Below, piece by piece: positions 1 to 10,363 of a stretch of DNA of 64,000 nt. The stretch's first letter is position 1, and every line of letters starts with the position of its first letter. The position numbers and the translations under genes were made by a program. A model generated the notes under the pieces. It did not search any database. It was not told where the DNA came from and was given only the letters and a program-made list of their open reading frames with translations. This stretch comes from Sedimentisphaerales bacterium. Its GTDB lineage: Bacteria; Planctomycetota; Phycisphaerae; Sedimentisphaerales; Anaerobacaceae. The stretch covers positions 1 through 64,000 of the forward strand of contig JBEKZW010000005.1 in NCBI GenBank assembly GCA_049509475.1, read 5' to 3'.

Positions 1-507
1 CACCTGACAAACGTCTCGTATATTACGGCCGACCTCGCCGCCGCCGGCCTTCGGCTCGCAAATACCCATTTTATCCTCAGCGTAAACACGCTCATTATGC
101 CCTCGCTGGCCGCCCGGCTGCGCATTCTCGACGTTATGGCAGGCCACATCCTTAAAAATGGGCACCTGGTACTCGTTGTCCCCTCGCTGGAGTCGGCTAT
201 GCTGACCGATTTTTGCCTCATCCAGATAAATCTGCGTAACGGCTTCACTCCCGCGTCGGCTATCCGTTCCGGCTTTGAAAAAAACGGCCACTATCATCTG
301 CGCCAGGGTATTGTCCCCATCGATAATGTCCCTACCAAGCATTACCTCAAAGAGGAGCTTGTCTCGCTGCTGGAGCGAAGGGACCTGCGCATTATTAAAA
401 TCAGTAAAATCGAATACCCGTGGAATACCGAGTTCGATTCTCCTCCCCGCTGGTTGAAAGCTCCATTCCCATGGGATTGGCTCGTCGTTGCCCGGAAAAT
501 AAAATAA
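1..507 (+). CDS. SAM-dependent methyltransferase-like protein, C-terminal part (5' end outside window)
   Basis: Frame 1 is open from base 1 to the stop at 507. The translation looks like the C-terminal half of a class I methyltransferase fold. Assignment is by eye only. Confidence 0.4.
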   Translation, partial: HLTNVSYITADLAAAGLRLANTHFILSVNTLIMPSLAARLRILDVMAGHILKNGHLVLVVPSLESAMLTDFCLIQINLRNGFTPASAIRSGFEKNGHYHLRQGIVPIDNVPTKHYLKEELVSLLERRDLRIIKISKIEYPWNTEFDSPPRWLKAPFPWDWLVVARKIK

Positions 508-593
508 CGGCGGAAAGATTCACCCCTTGAGATAGGTGAAGCCGCCATCTAACGGGGTTAACGCGGATTGACACTGTTTCCTTAAAATACTTA

Positions 594-640
594 GCCCCGC
601 CATCTCCGCATTTTGGCGAGTGGCGGGGTTCTCTTGATTT
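594..640 (+). terminator. Rho-independent terminator-like hairpin after the methyltransferase gene
   Basis: GC stem GCCCCGCCA ... TGGCGGGG is followed by a T-rich tract (ttctcttgattt). Confidence 0.5.
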
Positions 641-666
641 GTCATTCCCGCGAAAGCGAGAATCCA
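638..666. repeat. Short hairpin repeat, TTGTCATT-CCCGCGAAAGCGAGAATC family member
   Basis: The motif tttgtcattcccgcgaaagcgagaatcc recurs with variation at 22691-22720, 33533-33562 (reverse complement), 51167-51198 and 51843-51857. Confidence 0.5.
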
Positions 667-829
667 GTTTAGTCTGGTTTTTCCGTCTTCTGTCCTCTGA
701 TTTCCCCCTCGCCGGAAATAAAACAATTCGTAATGACTCAATTTTCTGCTCTCTGTAGCTGAAACGATTTCAGTTATCTTACAGAAACCATTTTCTTCCA
801 AAGGTATTGAGGTTACAATCAAGATACTG

Positions 830-1483
830 ATGATGTGGCATGAAATTAAAACTTGGGCAAATGACAATCAAGGCCTGTTGGCTTTGATAGCTCTGTTTAT
901 GGCAATTATTCTTCCACTGACTTCGGTTTTGGTGAAGTGGCCTAAAAGGTTTTGGCCGAAAAGACGACCTAAAGTAGTTATCATCGCTAAGGATTTAAGC
1001 CGCAGAGAACAATGGAGGTCTGCATTTGAAGATTATTTTGTTAAGAGCGGCACCGAAGGGGATGAAAGACCGATGTTGATCAGAGATATAGATGGAATCA
1101 AACATTATCCAGAGAGCGCATGGTTCAAACTTTGGTTGGTTGGATTTTATCACAGTGGGTTATTACTGTCTTTTAATGTTTTATATAGTACACATATCAA
1201 GGCAGTGGAGGATCAAAAAAACTGGTATTACTGTGATAGCAAGGATGAATTTGGCATTAAAGTATTTTGTGTCGCCAAAATTTCGTACGATAGGATAGAA
1301 CATGTTGACTGGAAGGGGGACGAATACTGGCCATTTACGCATATATACTGCAAGTTCGACTCAAAAGATGATGATCCCTTCGAAGAAGTTGTTTATTGTG
1401 AACGGATTGAGCGAGAAGGGGAAGCCCCTTATTACCGGGAGATTGTCAAGCTAAATGATATGAGGAATAATAGGATATGTTGA
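830..1483 (+). CDS. Hypothetical membrane-anchored protein (low-GC insert)
   Basis: 217 aa ORF with an N-terminal hydrophobic helix (LLALIALFMAIILPLTSVLV). The region is markedly more AT-rich than its neighbours. No recognisable domain. Confidence 0.5.
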   Translation: MMWHEIKTWANDNQGLLALIALFMAIILPLTSVLVKWPKRFWPKRRPKVVIIAKDLSRREQWRSAFEDYFVKSGTEGDERPMLIRDIDGIKHYPESAWFKLWLVGFYHSGLLLSFNVLYSTHIKAVEDQKNWYYCDSKDEFGIKVFCVAKISYDRIEHVDWKGDEYWPFTHIYCKFDSKDDDPFEEVVYCERIEREGEAPYYREIVKLNDMRNNRIC

Positions 1484-1519
1484 GAACTGTAGTGTGCTAC
1501 GGTTACATTTTTTTGGGGG

Positions 1520-2593
1520 TTACTCTTTAATTACCACATTTCCTGTGCCGGAAGTGATTCTGCCAATCTTATAGACCTTCTCGCCGTAACCGGTGAGTTT
1601 TTCGGCAATCGAGTCGGCGAAGTCCTCCGCGACGACTAACACGTAACCAATCCCCATATTGAAAACGCGGAACATCTCTTCTTCTTCAACCGGGCCTTTT
1701 TCAGCTAAGAATTTGAAAATCGGCTGTATCGGCCAGCTATCTTTTTTCAAAACAGCGTCGCAGTTGCGGGGCAGCACTCGCGGGATATTGCCGGGCAATC
1801 CTGCGCCCGTGATATGCGCCATGCCGTGAATGACCTTTTTGACCTTGTATTGACTAAGCAATTTGATAATGGGCCTGACGTAAATCTTCGTCGGCTCAAG
1901 CAGAACGTCCCCCAGAATCCTGCCATCGAGTTCTGGGATATTATCCGTCGGCTGGTATTGATTGGTCTTGAAGCAGATATTGCGGGCGAGGGCATAGCCA
2001 TTGCTGTGCAGGCCGCTTGATGCGAGGCCCAGTATTACGTCACCTTTGCGGACCTGTTTTGCGCCCGAGACGATTTTTCTCCGCTCGACTACCCCGACCG
2101 CGAAGCCCGCCATATCGAAATCGTCCGTTTTATACGTATCGGGCATCTCGGCTGTCTCGCCGCCAATCAATGCGCAATCCGCGATTCGGCAGCCCTTCGC
2201 GACACCCTTGACCATTTCCGCCACGACGTGCGGGTCGAGCTTATTGAGCGCGATATAATCCAAAAAGAACAATGGCTCCGCCCCCAGCACAAGCATATCG
2301 TTTACGCTCATCGCGACCAAATCAATCCCCACGGTATCGAAGCGGTTCATCGTCGAGGCCAGAAGCACCTTACTGCCCACGCCGTCGGTGCAGGCGACCA
2401 GCACCGGGCTTTTGTAGTTTCTTTTGAAGAGGCGTTCATCGTAATCCAAACGGAATAGCCCCGCGAACCCGCCTTTGAGCGCCATCACGCGCGGGCTGAA
2501 CGTGCTCGCGATGTGCGGGTAAATAAGGTCTTCCATCTCGTCGCTGGCGTCGATGTTCACGCCGGAAGTGGCATACGTAAAATATTTAGCCAT
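1520..2593 (-). CDS. purM: Phosphoribosylformylglycinamidine cyclo-ligase (AIR synthetase)
   Basis: 357 aa with PurM-family hallmarks over its full length (DGVGSK...GIDLVAMSVNDM...GGETAEMP). Confidence 0.9.
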   Translation of the reverse strand: MAKYFTYATSGVNIDASDEMEDLIYPHIASTFSPRVMALKGGFAGLFRLDYDERLFKRNYKSPVLVACTDGVGSKVLLASTMNRFDTVGIDLVAMSVNDMLVLGAEPLFFLDYIALNKLDPHVVAEMVKGVAKGCRIADCALIGGETAEMPDTYKTDDFDMAGFAVGVVERRKIVSGAKQVRKGDVILGLASSGLHSNGYALARNICFKTNQYQPTDNIPELDGRILGDVLLEPTKIYVRPIIKLLSQYKVKKVIHGMAHITGAGLPGNIPRVLPRNCDAVLKKDSWPIQPIFKFLAEKGPVEEEEMFRVFNMGIGYVLVVAEDFADSIAEKLTGYGEKVYKIGRITSGTGNVVIKE

Positions 2594-2796
2594 ATAGACT
2601 TACAACTTATTCTGAAGTTCAAATCTAGATTCAGCTTTAAAAATCCAAATTTCTAAATCCTAAATCCGAAACAAATTCAAAATTCTAATCTTCAAATACT
2701 AAAAACACAAGGCGAGAGCCGTTTCGAATTTCGAGTTTTGGTAATTAGTGCTTGTTTAGAATTTAGAGATTAGTGCTTCGAATTTCAAGCAGATTC

Positions 2797-4299
2797 TTAC
2801 TGCGAATCCTCGAACATCCTCAACTGGTAGTGTTCGAGCGCGAATTTCGTCATAGCCACATCAACCGGTATTCTGTATTTGCCCGCCCAGCAGGCAGTGC
2901 AATAATGGTCAGGCGGTAAAGTCGCACAGCTAAGCAATCCCTCGAGGGACATATAGCCCAGCGATTCGACGCCGAGGAAGTCGCGTATTTGTTCGAGCGT
3001 CCGGTTGTTGGCGATAAGCTCTTCCTTGGTCGGGAAGTCGATGCCGTAAAAGCAGGGGAAGCGAATCGGCGGGCAGCTCACCCGCATATGAATCTCTTTT
3101 GCGCCTGCGTCGCGGAACGCCTTGATTTTACCTTTAGTGGTGGTGCCGCGGACGATGGAATCATCGACGACGACGATGCGTTTGCCTTTTACGACTTCCC
3201 TGATTGGCGCAAGCTTGATTTTGACGTCCAGTTCGCGCATTTGCGGGTCCGGCGAAATAAAAGTCCTGCCGATGTAGTGGCTTCGCACCATACCCATATC
3301 GAACTGGATTCCCGATTTTTCAGCGAAGCCGATGGCCGCCGATGTTCCTGAGTCGGGAATGGGGACAACAACGTCGGCCTTGACGGGATGCTCAGCCGCT
3401 AATCGCCGGCCGAGCTTTTTGCGGAATTCGTAAACGTTCTCGCCGAATATGCTGCTGTTCGGCTTTGCGAAGTAAATATGCTCGAACAGGCAGTGTGCGG
3501 GTTTGATACTGCCCGGCTTTATAAAGAACCTGCTGGATAGCCCATTTTTACTCAGCGTAACGATTTCTCCCGGCTCGACCTCGCGGATAAATTTCGCGTC
3601 GATGGCGTCGAGTGCGCAGGTTTCGCTCGCGAAGACGTATGCGCCCGCCGCGGTTTTGCCGATGCACAGGGGCCGAATGCCGTATGGGTCGCGCGCGGCA
3701 TCGATATGGTCGGGGAAAAGGAATAATAACGAATATGCGCCCTGCAAATGGTTGAGGACGTGGCCCAGCGGGTCGGGTTTCGAGACGTGGGTGGGTTTGG
3801 CTATAAGATGGGCGATTATTTCTGTGTCGGTGGTGGATTTGAATATGCTGCCGTATGCCTCGTACTCGTCGCGGAGGAGACCTGCGTTGATGAGGTTGCC
3901 GTTGTGGGCGATGGCGCATTGGCCTCGTGAGTATTCCACGAAAAACGGCTGGCTATTGGCCGCCTTCGATGAGCCGGTCGTTGAGTAGCGGACGTGGCCT
4001 ATGGCGATTGGGTTGGCAAGGTTTTCCATTATGCCTGTGCCTGCGCGGAAGACCCGCTGGACGTTGCCCATTGCCGTATAGCAGTTGATTGATTCGCCGT
4101 TGCTCGACGCGATGCCTGCGGATTCCTGCCCGCGGTGCTGCAGGGCGAAAATCCCATAGTATGTTTTCTGTACGGCTTCCGGGTCGCCGAATATGCCGAA
4201 CAGGCCGCAGTTTTCCTTCTTTTCACATGTAAAATCCGCACCGGCAAGGCCGATACCCTCGCCGCTATGCGGACAGTGTTCGCTTTCGTAATGCATCAA
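2797..4299 (-). CDS. purF: Amidophosphoribosyltransferase
   Basis: CGLFGIFG N-terminal glutaminase nucleophile region and a PRTase motif (VVVDDSIVRGTT). The ORF may carry a propeptide or start further downstream. Confidence 0.9.
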   Translation of the reverse strand: MMHYESEHCPHSGEGIGLAGADFTCEKKENCGLFGIFGDPEAVQKTYYGIFALQHRGQESAGIASSNGESINCYTAMGNVQRVFRAGTGIMENLANPIAIGHVRYSTTGSSKAANSQPFFVEYSRGQCAIAHNGNLINAGLLRDEYEAYGSIFKSTTDTEIIAHLIAKPTHVSKPDPLGHVLNHLQGAYSLLFLFPDHIDAARDPYGIRPLCIGKTAAGAYVFASETCALDAIDAKFIREVEPGEIVTLSKNGLSSRFFIKPGSIKPAHCLFEHIYFAKPNSSIFGENVYEFRKKLGRRLAAEHPVKADVVVPIPDSGTSAAIGFAEKSGIQFDMGMVRSHYIGRTFISPDPQMRELDVKIKLAPIREVVKGKRIVVVDDSIVRGTTTKGKIKAFRDAGAKEIHMRVSCPPIRFPCFYGIDFPTKEELIANNRTLEQIRDFLGVESLGYMSLEGLLSCATLPPDHYCTACWAGKYRIPVDVAMTKFALEHYQLRMFEDSQ

Positions 4300-4440
4300 G
4301 ATTTACCCCTGGATACCGCCCACACTTCGCCGGCAGGCAAGGGGTTGGCGGTAAAAGAATAGTTTACCTGAACCGGCTCCTTACGTCAAGAGCGGCGCTA
4401 ACTTAATATCTACGCCAGCGAGAGCGATTTGGCCCAAGGT

Positions 4441-4860
4441 TTACGCGTCGGGATACATAAATTCGGGCATCCGGCGGATTTTGCCTTTGTTATCGACGCA
4501 GGCAAGGACGCTTTCGGCCTCGGCCAATAATTCGCCGGTAGCAGGACGGATGAGTTTGTAAGAATGCTCGACTTTGCTGGCGGTAACGTTGATGCAGGTT
4601 GTTTCGAGGTTGAGTTTTTCATCATAAAAAGCGGGTCTGCGATACTTGATGCGCAGCTCGGCTATTACGAAAAAGACGCCCGCGGCCTCGAGGTCCTTGT
4701 AGGCCAGGCCGTTGGCGCGAAGCAGCTCGGTTCGGCCCATCTCGAAATAGACGGGATAGACACTGTGATGGATAACGCCGCCCTGGTCGGTTTCGCTGTA
4801 ACGCGGCTGGATGGTTATTGTGCAGGATTTAATCTTTGTATGGTCCGGGAAACTCATCAA
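4441..4860 (-). CDS. Acyl-CoA thioesterase, 4HBT/YbgC hotdog family
   Basis: 139 aa. The motif YSETDQGGVIHHSVYPVYFEMGRTELL is typical of YbgC/4HBT thioesterases. Confidence 0.75.
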   Translation of the reverse strand: MMSFPDHTKIKSCTITIQPRYSETDQGGVIHHSVYPVYFEMGRTELLRANGLAYKDLEAAGVFFVIAELRIKYRRPAFYDEKLNLETTCINVTASKVEHSYKLIRPATGELLAEAESVLACVDNKGKIRRMPEFMYPDA

Positions 4861-5041
4861 GTTATTGTCCTGAGTATATCATAATATCGTATTTAGTAAC
4901 TTCTGACGAACACAGAGGATACCAAAATCAGGACGGGTTTGTCAAAATATTCAATTGACTTTTGGGTGTTGTTGTGAGAAAATTGCCGCCTCGTGTTTTA
5001 ACGGAAATGTTCCGAATTTATACTCCACGAAAGGATGTTTT

Positions 5042-6343
5042 ATGAGAGTAACTATGAAATTAGTCGTGATGCTGGTTTTTGTATCGGCTGGATTGGTTTT
5101 TTGGGGTTGCCAGAAATCCAACGCACCGGCCACAGGCGTGAAGACTGAAGCCAAAGAAGCAAAGCCGGCGGCCAAAGCGGAGGTCAAGGAAGCCAAAGCG
5201 GAGGTCAAGGAAGCCAAAGCGGAGGTCAAGGAAGCCAAAGCAGAGGTCAAGGAAGCGAAAGCAGAGGTTAAGGAAACGAAGACAGAGACCAAGGCGGAGG
5301 TTCCGGAGACCAAGCCGGCAGCGCCGGAGGCGAAAGTTACGGTTGCGGAGCCGAACAAGGCTGCCGCGGAGGGTAACGACATAGCGGTGACAGTCAATGG
5401 AGTTGTTATTAAGGACGCCGATGTTGACGCGAAGGTAGATGCTTTTATGCAGAGAGCGGCGGCACAGATTCCGCCGAATATGGTTGAGCAGTATAAAACG
5501 CAAGTTCGGGGTCAGGCGCTCGAAAGTATGATTATGGAACAGCTTCTTGCTGAGGAGGTAAAGAAAAAGGGCATTGAGATAACGGATAAAGACGTCGACG
5601 ACAAGCTGAATGAAGTAGTAGCTGCCCAGCCGGGGATGACAATGGAGTCGTTCAAGGAGATGCTGGCCGCGCAGGGGCAGTCGTTCGACGTGGTAAGGGG
5701 ACAGATTAAAAAGACGCTTGGTTATGAGAAGCTTCTCGGCACAGTCGAAGTTAACGATGCCGAGGCAAAAGCATTTTATGATGAAAACAAAGACGATTTC
5801 AATATGCCCGAGCAGGTCAAGGCCAGTCATATACTGATAAAGGTTGCTCCGACAGCAACGCCCGAGGAGAAAACCGCGGCAAAGGCGAAGATAGACGGTT
5901 TGCTCAAACAGGCAAAGGCGGGCGGGGACTTCGCTGCGCTGGCGAAGGAAAATTCAGATGACCCGGGGTCTAAAATCAAAGGCGGCGACCTCGGATTTTT
6001 CGATAGAAGCACGATGGTCAAAGAGTTTGCTGATGCCGCGTTCGCAACGAAGGTCGGACAGTTAAGCAAGGTAGTCGAGACGCAATACGGCTACCACATA
6101 ATAAAGGTCACCGACCACAAAGATGGCGGCATGACGTCATTCGACAAGGCAAAGGCGGATATCGTCAAATCGCTTCAGGACAAAAAGAAAAACGAGGCGT
6201 TCAAGCAGCTAATCGAGAAGGTAAAGGCAGGGGCGAAGATTGAGTATCCGCCGGGCAAGGAGCCGAAGCCGCGGATGCCGAGGATGATGCCGAGACCGAA
6301 TACGCCGGCACCCCCGCCACAATCTGCACCAGCGACGAATTAA
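5042..6343 (+). CDS. PpiC-type peptidyl-prolyl cis-trans isomerase lipoprotein (PrsA/SurA-like) with N-terminal tandem repeats
   Basis: Signal peptide with lipobox (LVFWGC), an AKAEVKE tandem repeat block, and a C-terminal parvulin domain (ASHILIKV...GGDLGFFDRSTMVKEF...GYHIIKV). Confidence 0.8.
   Translation: MRVTMKLVVMLVFVSAGLVFWGCQKSNAPATGVKTEAKEAKPAAKAEVKEAKAEVKEAKAEVKEAKAEVKEAKAEVKETKTETKAEVPETKPAAPEAKVTVAEPNKAAAEGNDIAVTVNGVVIKDADVDAKVDAFMQRAAAQIPPNMVEQYKTQVRGQALESMIMEQLLAEEVKKKGIEITDKDVDDKLNEVVAAQPGMTMESFKEMLAAQGQSFDVVRGQIKKTLGYEKLLGTVEVNDAEAKAFYDENKDDFNMPEQVKASHILIKVAPTATPEEKTAAKAKIDGLLKQAKAGGDFAALAKENSDDPGSKIKGGDLGFFDRSTMVKEFADAAFATKVGQLSKVVETQYGYHIIKVTDHKDGGMTSFDKAKADIVKSLQDKKKNEAFKQLIEKVKAGAKIEYPPGKEPKPRMPRMMPRPNTPAPPPQSAPATN
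5171..5296 (+). repeat. Coding tandem repeat, 21 bp x about 6 (gccaaagcggaggtcaaggaa)
   Basis: Near-perfect 21-bp direct repeats encode (AKAEVKE)n inside the PPIase gene. Confidence 0.85.
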
Positions 6344-6367
6344 ACCGGCTGATGTAAACGTAAAACA

Positions 6368-6406
6368 AGCCGGGTTCCCGCAGTGAATGGGAACCCGGCT
6401 TTTTTA
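6368..6406. terminator. Bidirectional rho-independent terminator between the PPIase gene and nagB
   Basis: 12-bp stem AGCCGGGTTCCC / GGGAACCCGGCT followed by TTTTTTATT. Confidence 0.75.
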
Positions 6407-6420
6407 TTAGCATTTCATTT

Positions 6421-7233
6421 CTATTTCAGAAGTGAGGCGGGGTTAAGATTTTCGGATTCGATGTCCTTGAAGTATTTCACGGTGCCGTATTTCAATTCTA
6501 CGGCGGCATCTTCGTCGCAGACGATGATTGTTTTGGGATGCAACTGAAGGACGCTGACCGTCCACAAATGATTTACGCCCTGGTCGATTGCGTGATGCAG
6601 AGCGCGTGCCTTGCTGTGGCCTGAGGCGATAATCAGGACTTCTCTTGCATCCATCACGGTAGCGACGCCGACGGTAAGTGCGGTTTTGGGGACTTTGTTT
6701 GCGTCATCATCAAAGAAGCGTGAGTTGGCGATGATGGTGTCCTGGGTGAGGGTTTTAACTCGCGTTCTGCTTGCCAGCGACGAGCCGGGTTCGTTGAAGG
6801 CGATGTGTCCGTCGGGGCCTACGCCTCCGACGAAAAGCTCGATGCCGCCCAGTTGTTTCATTTTTTTCTCATAGCGTTCGCATTCGGCTTCGAGATTTTC
6901 GGCGTTGCCGTCGAGGATGTTGATGTTTTTGGCGGGGATGTCGATATGGCTGAAAAAATTGTTCTGCATATAGTAATGGTAGCTTGCGTGGTGGTCTTCG
7001 GGCAGGCCGACGTACTCATCCATATTAAAAGTGACAACGTTTTTGAACGTTACCTTCTTTGACGAGTTGAGCTTAATCAGGTCTTTATACATACCAAGCG
7101 GCGAAGAGCCGGTGGGCAGGCCGAGAAGGAAAGGTTTTGTTTTAGTCGGCCCAAAATCATTTATTTTTTTCGCGATGTAATGTGCCGCCCATTTTGAGGC
7201 GAGCTTGTAATCCGGTTGAATTATCACTCGCAT
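6421..7233 (-). CDS. nagB: Glucosamine-6-phosphate deaminase
   Basis: 270 aa that matches E. coli NagB along its whole length as recalled from memory ([33 protein letters not shown]). Confidence 0.9.
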   Translation of the reverse strand: MRVIIQPDYKLASKWAAHYIAKKINDFGPTKTKPFLLGLPTGSSPLGMYKDLIKLNSSKKVTFKNVVTFNMDEYVGLPEDHHASYHYYMQNNFFSHIDIPAKNINILDGNAENLEAECERYEKKMKQLGGIELFVGGVGPDGHIAFNEPGSSLASRTRVKTLTQDTIIANSRFFDDDANKVPKTALTVGVATVMDAREVLIIASGHSKARALHHAIDQGVNHLWTVSVLQLHPKTIIVCDEDAAVELKYGTVKYFKDIESENLNPASLLK

Positions 7234-7261
7234 AATATTTCCCTCCGAAGCCGAATCGGTA

Positions 7262-9259
7262 TTAATGAATTTTTTGCAATCTGCGTGTCAGCTCACCTGC
7301 CAGCCGGGATTTTTCTTCGATGTGCTGTTTGATTTCCCCGGCGACCGTATTTGTCTCGAATGCGCCGCGGACGTTAGCGAAGTCCGAGGTTCTTTCGACG
7401 AAACTGCCGTCGATGCCGTAGCTGGTCTGGACGGTCTCGGCAAATTCCTTTTCGGTGTCTGCCAGGAGCATATTATCAAGCTCAATTACGGCGGATTTCC
7501 ATTTGTTAATCATATCAATGATGTCGCTTGAGCTGATTGCGTCGGTTGTTTTGCCTAAACGCTGCTGGAGGACGTTTGCCGCCCAGGCCCATTCGTATGC
7601 GAGGTAATTTTCATGCATCGAGGTGAAAGCCGCCGTTATCTGGTCGAGAGTCGCCAGTTTGCCTGATTCGATGTCGTCGAGTATTTTGGCGATGGCTTCT
7701 TCCGGTGCGAACAATCCTGCCAGGTCTGCCCATTTGCCGGGCCCGATATCAGTTTGCGGTTTAAGCTCTGCCCGTAATTGCTGAACATTTGTGAATTGTT
7801 TGCCGTTGAGATGATGGATGAGACAGTTACCGAGGAATTTATCGATGCCGATTTCGTAAAGGCGGATGCCCTTGTCTAAGGAGTCGTGTTTTATTTTGAC
7901 GCCATGATAGGTGAAATATCCGGCAGTTTCGATTCCGGTGTCTTTGAGGTTTCGCAGGAGCTTGCAGCCGTTGAGCATTTTCTGAACGGTGTAGGGGCTG
8001 AGCAGCTTGAAATTGATGAGGTCGAGCTTTTTAGGGTCTTTGCGGTTGTCGCGAGTCGGCCATTTTTTGGCGTCGCGGACGGTCCCGACACTTTTAAGGT
8101 TTACGGCCGGGACGAGAACGCTTTCATCTTCGTGTTCGATGAGGTATGAGAAGGGCAAATCGGAGGTGTCGGAGTTGCGGTAGTGTCTGCCCATAACGAC
8201 GGTGAAAGCGCCGACCCTGGCGGGCCAGAGCATATAGGAATCGGAAGCGGTTTTTGAGCCGCGTTCGACGATACCCTGATGGACGGGGCCGAGTTTGTAC
8301 AGGTGGTTACTCTGGTTTGTGCCTGAGCCGGCATTGAGGAAGCTGAAAAGGCCCGCGATGAGGAGTGTTGATTTATGGTGGGTCACGGTATATGGGCCTG
8401 CGAAGACGGAGCAGGCCTCGCCGTGGAAGCCGACGCAGTTTGCGAAGAAGACGGAATTTTCGGCGGAGTATTGCCTGCCAAGTTCGGTGGACTGGCCTAT
8501 GAAGCATTTGTAAAGTGAGACGGCTTCGGTGATTTTTGAGCCGGAGCAGACGATGAAATCGCGCGCCAGAACGCCGGGTCCGATATAGACGGGGTCCTGT
8601 GGACAACTGTTGATGGAGCCGTTTTCGAGTCGGCTGGCGGCCTCGATTGTCGCAGCGGGGCCTATCTTGACGTTCTTGATAATTCTGCTGTTGAAGATTT
8701 TCGCGCCTGTTCCCACAACGCCCATCGATGAGGTGCCGGAAGCCGCATACCGACTAATCATCGCCCGCAACTTTTCGATGAGCTTTGGCCTATGGCGATA
8801 CAGGGCAATCACGTATCCCAGTTGAGCCGAAAGATTGTCATATATAGGGATTTCCCTGCCGCCCGCTTCGTTTATGACGGCGACATCGGTTCCGTTGCCG
8901 AAGCTTGTCTGGCCGTCGAGCGCCAGCAGGTCAACATTCTCGATAATCACATCATCTTCGATTGTGTAGTTAGCGATGTAGCTTTTGACCTGGTTGATAT
9001 AGACGTTGCTGCCTATTTGGCAGTTATGAATTGTGGCGTGAGAAATTCCCGATGGTTTTGTAAATCCGCCGCAGAACCGGACATCTTTGTTGAACAGTCC
9101 GAGGCGGATGTCTCCTGAAAAGGCGGTGGTTTTAACCTGTTCGGGGTTGAAACCGTCGCAAACCTGCACTTTTGACCAGTCAGGGCAGGTGCAGCCCTGA
9201 GAGGTCAGTTTGGAGATTTCAGCGGGTGATAAGGGTCGCCATTTAGAAGCCATTTTCAC
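7262..9259 (-). CDS. Conserved hypothetical protein (possibly DUF4954-like)
   Basis: 665 aa soluble protein with hexapeptide-like stretches. The family assignment is from memory only and is uncertain. Confidence 0.55.
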   Translation of the reverse strand: MKMASKWRPLSPAEISKLTSQGCTCPDWSKVQVCDGFNPEQVKTTAFSGDIRLGLFNKDVRFCGGFTKPSGISHATIHNCQIGSNVYINQVKSYIANYTIEDDVIIENVDLLALDGQTSFGNGTDVAVINEAGGREIPIYDNLSAQLGYVIALYRHRPKLIEKLRAMISRYAASGTSSMGVVGTGAKIFNSRIIKNVKIGPAATIEAASRLENGSINSCPQDPVYIGPGVLARDFIVCSGSKITEAVSLYKCFIGQSTELGRQYSAENSVFFANCVGFHGEACSVFAGPYTVTHHKSTLLIAGLFSFLNAGSGTNQSNHLYKLGPVHQGIVERGSKTASDSYMLWPARVGAFTVVMGRHYRNSDTSDLPFSYLIEHEDESVLVPAVNLKSVGTVRDAKKWPTRDNRKDPKKLDLINFKLLSPYTVQKMLNGCKLLRNLKDTGIETAGYFTYHGVKIKHDSLDKGIRLYEIGIDKFLGNCLIHHLNGKQFTNVQQLRAELKPQTDIGPGKWADLAGLFAPEEAIAKILDDIESGKLATLDQITAAFTSMHENYLAYEWAWAANVLQQRLGKTTDAISSSDIIDMINKWKSAVIELDNMLLADTEKEFAETVQTSYGIDGSFVERTSDFANVRGAFETNTVAGEIKQHIEEKSRLAGELTRRLQKIH

Positions 9260-9479
9260 CTCATTTTATTATTGGACTATGCCGGTGGTAACCGCGTCAG
9301 CACCGGGTAATTGACCGCACGGTACAACCGCAACGAAAATGACTGTTTAACAGCCGGAAGGGGTCAGGTCAAGTAATTTCCGGCTGTATCGAAAATAGCG
9401 TTTGGAAAGGATGAATTTAATTTGAATAATTTAGTATATTTGCGCAAAAAAATTTACAGCCACACGTAAGGGGAAGCCG

Positions 9480-10100
9480 ATGAATCACTGTATAAACGAT
9501 TGTATTTGTGGAAGTCGTGTCATTATTGGTTTTTTTAACAGGCAGGGAAATATGCCAAATCAGTCGCGAGTAACGAGGGTATTGGTGGTGTTGCTCGTTT
9601 CGATGACGACAGGTGCGGTTGTGCTGATGGCTTTGGGTAATCATCCGCCGTCAGCGGGGCCGTTCTGTCTTTCGACTTATTATCGGCTTGACCCGATCCA
9701 GCAGGCAATTTGCTCTCGCGTTACACAGGCCCCGGGCCGATGGGAAAGCATCGAGGTTTACTACAGCGGCACAAAGGCGGGCAATATCGAGCAGATAGCG
9801 TCGCTGAGCGGCTTAGTCAACTCCGATGACATCAACTGTCACTTCGTCGTGTGCAACGGCTTGGGCGGCAGCGACGGCCAGATACAAACCACCGAAAAAT
9901 GGCAAAAGCAGTGGTCTGTAATACCGGACCATACATGGTATGGCTCAGGCAGGACGATTCGGGTTTGCCTTGTGGCTGACGGCAGGGGCGTCCGGCTGAG
10001 CGGCTCGCAGATTCAAAGGGCCGAGGCGCTGGTTGAGGCGCTGTCGATGAAGTTCAACGTCCCCGCGACCAAAATCTTCTATCCCACCAACTGGCGATAA
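9480..10100 (+). CDS. Amidase_2/PGRP-like domain protein (putative N-acetylmuramoyl-L-alanine amidase-like); start may be the Met at 9552
   Basis: N-terminal hydrophobic segment. Weak resemblance to the AmpD/PGRP core (HFVV..G...Q, TIRVCLV...FYPTNW). Zinc ligands are not clearly conserved. Confidence 0.35.
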   Translation: MNHCINDCICGSRVIIGFFNRQGNMPNQSRVTRVLVVLLVSMTTGAVVLMALGNHPPSAGPFCLSTYYRLDPIQQAICSRVTQAPGRWESIEVYYSGTKAGNIEQIASLSGLVNSDDINCHFVVCNGLGGSDGQIQTTEKWQKQWSVIPDHTWYGSGRTIRVCLVADGRGVRLSGSQIQRAEALVEALSMKFNVPATKIFYPTNWR

Positions 10101-10363
10101 ACCCTTCTAAGATTTTCGATTGCCGATTGTCGATTTCAAAAACCTTGCAGCCAGTGTTCTACAAGCGCAGCCAAGTCATCCAGATTGACTAAGCCGTCGC
10201 CGGTGAGGTCTTCCCCGCCGCAGTAAAGAGTTGAGTCAGCCTGCATCCATTTGTTGCCCATAGCAGCGAAATCAATGAAATTGACATCTTTATCATTATC
10301 AGAATCGCCGACGACAAACTGCCAGGCAAGCTCAGGATGAACAGACCCCGCCCTACGAAATGT

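Noticed and set aside
4300-4440. Possible purine (ZTP/pfl) riboswitch in the purF leader
   Set aside because: The conserved pfl/ZTP core motifs could not be identified by eye. No supporting structure was recognised.
5060-5830. 256 aa minus-strand ORF antisense to the PPIase gene
   Set aside because: It lies entirely inside a well-supported plus-strand gene and is Arg/Leu-rich, which is typical of antisense translation.
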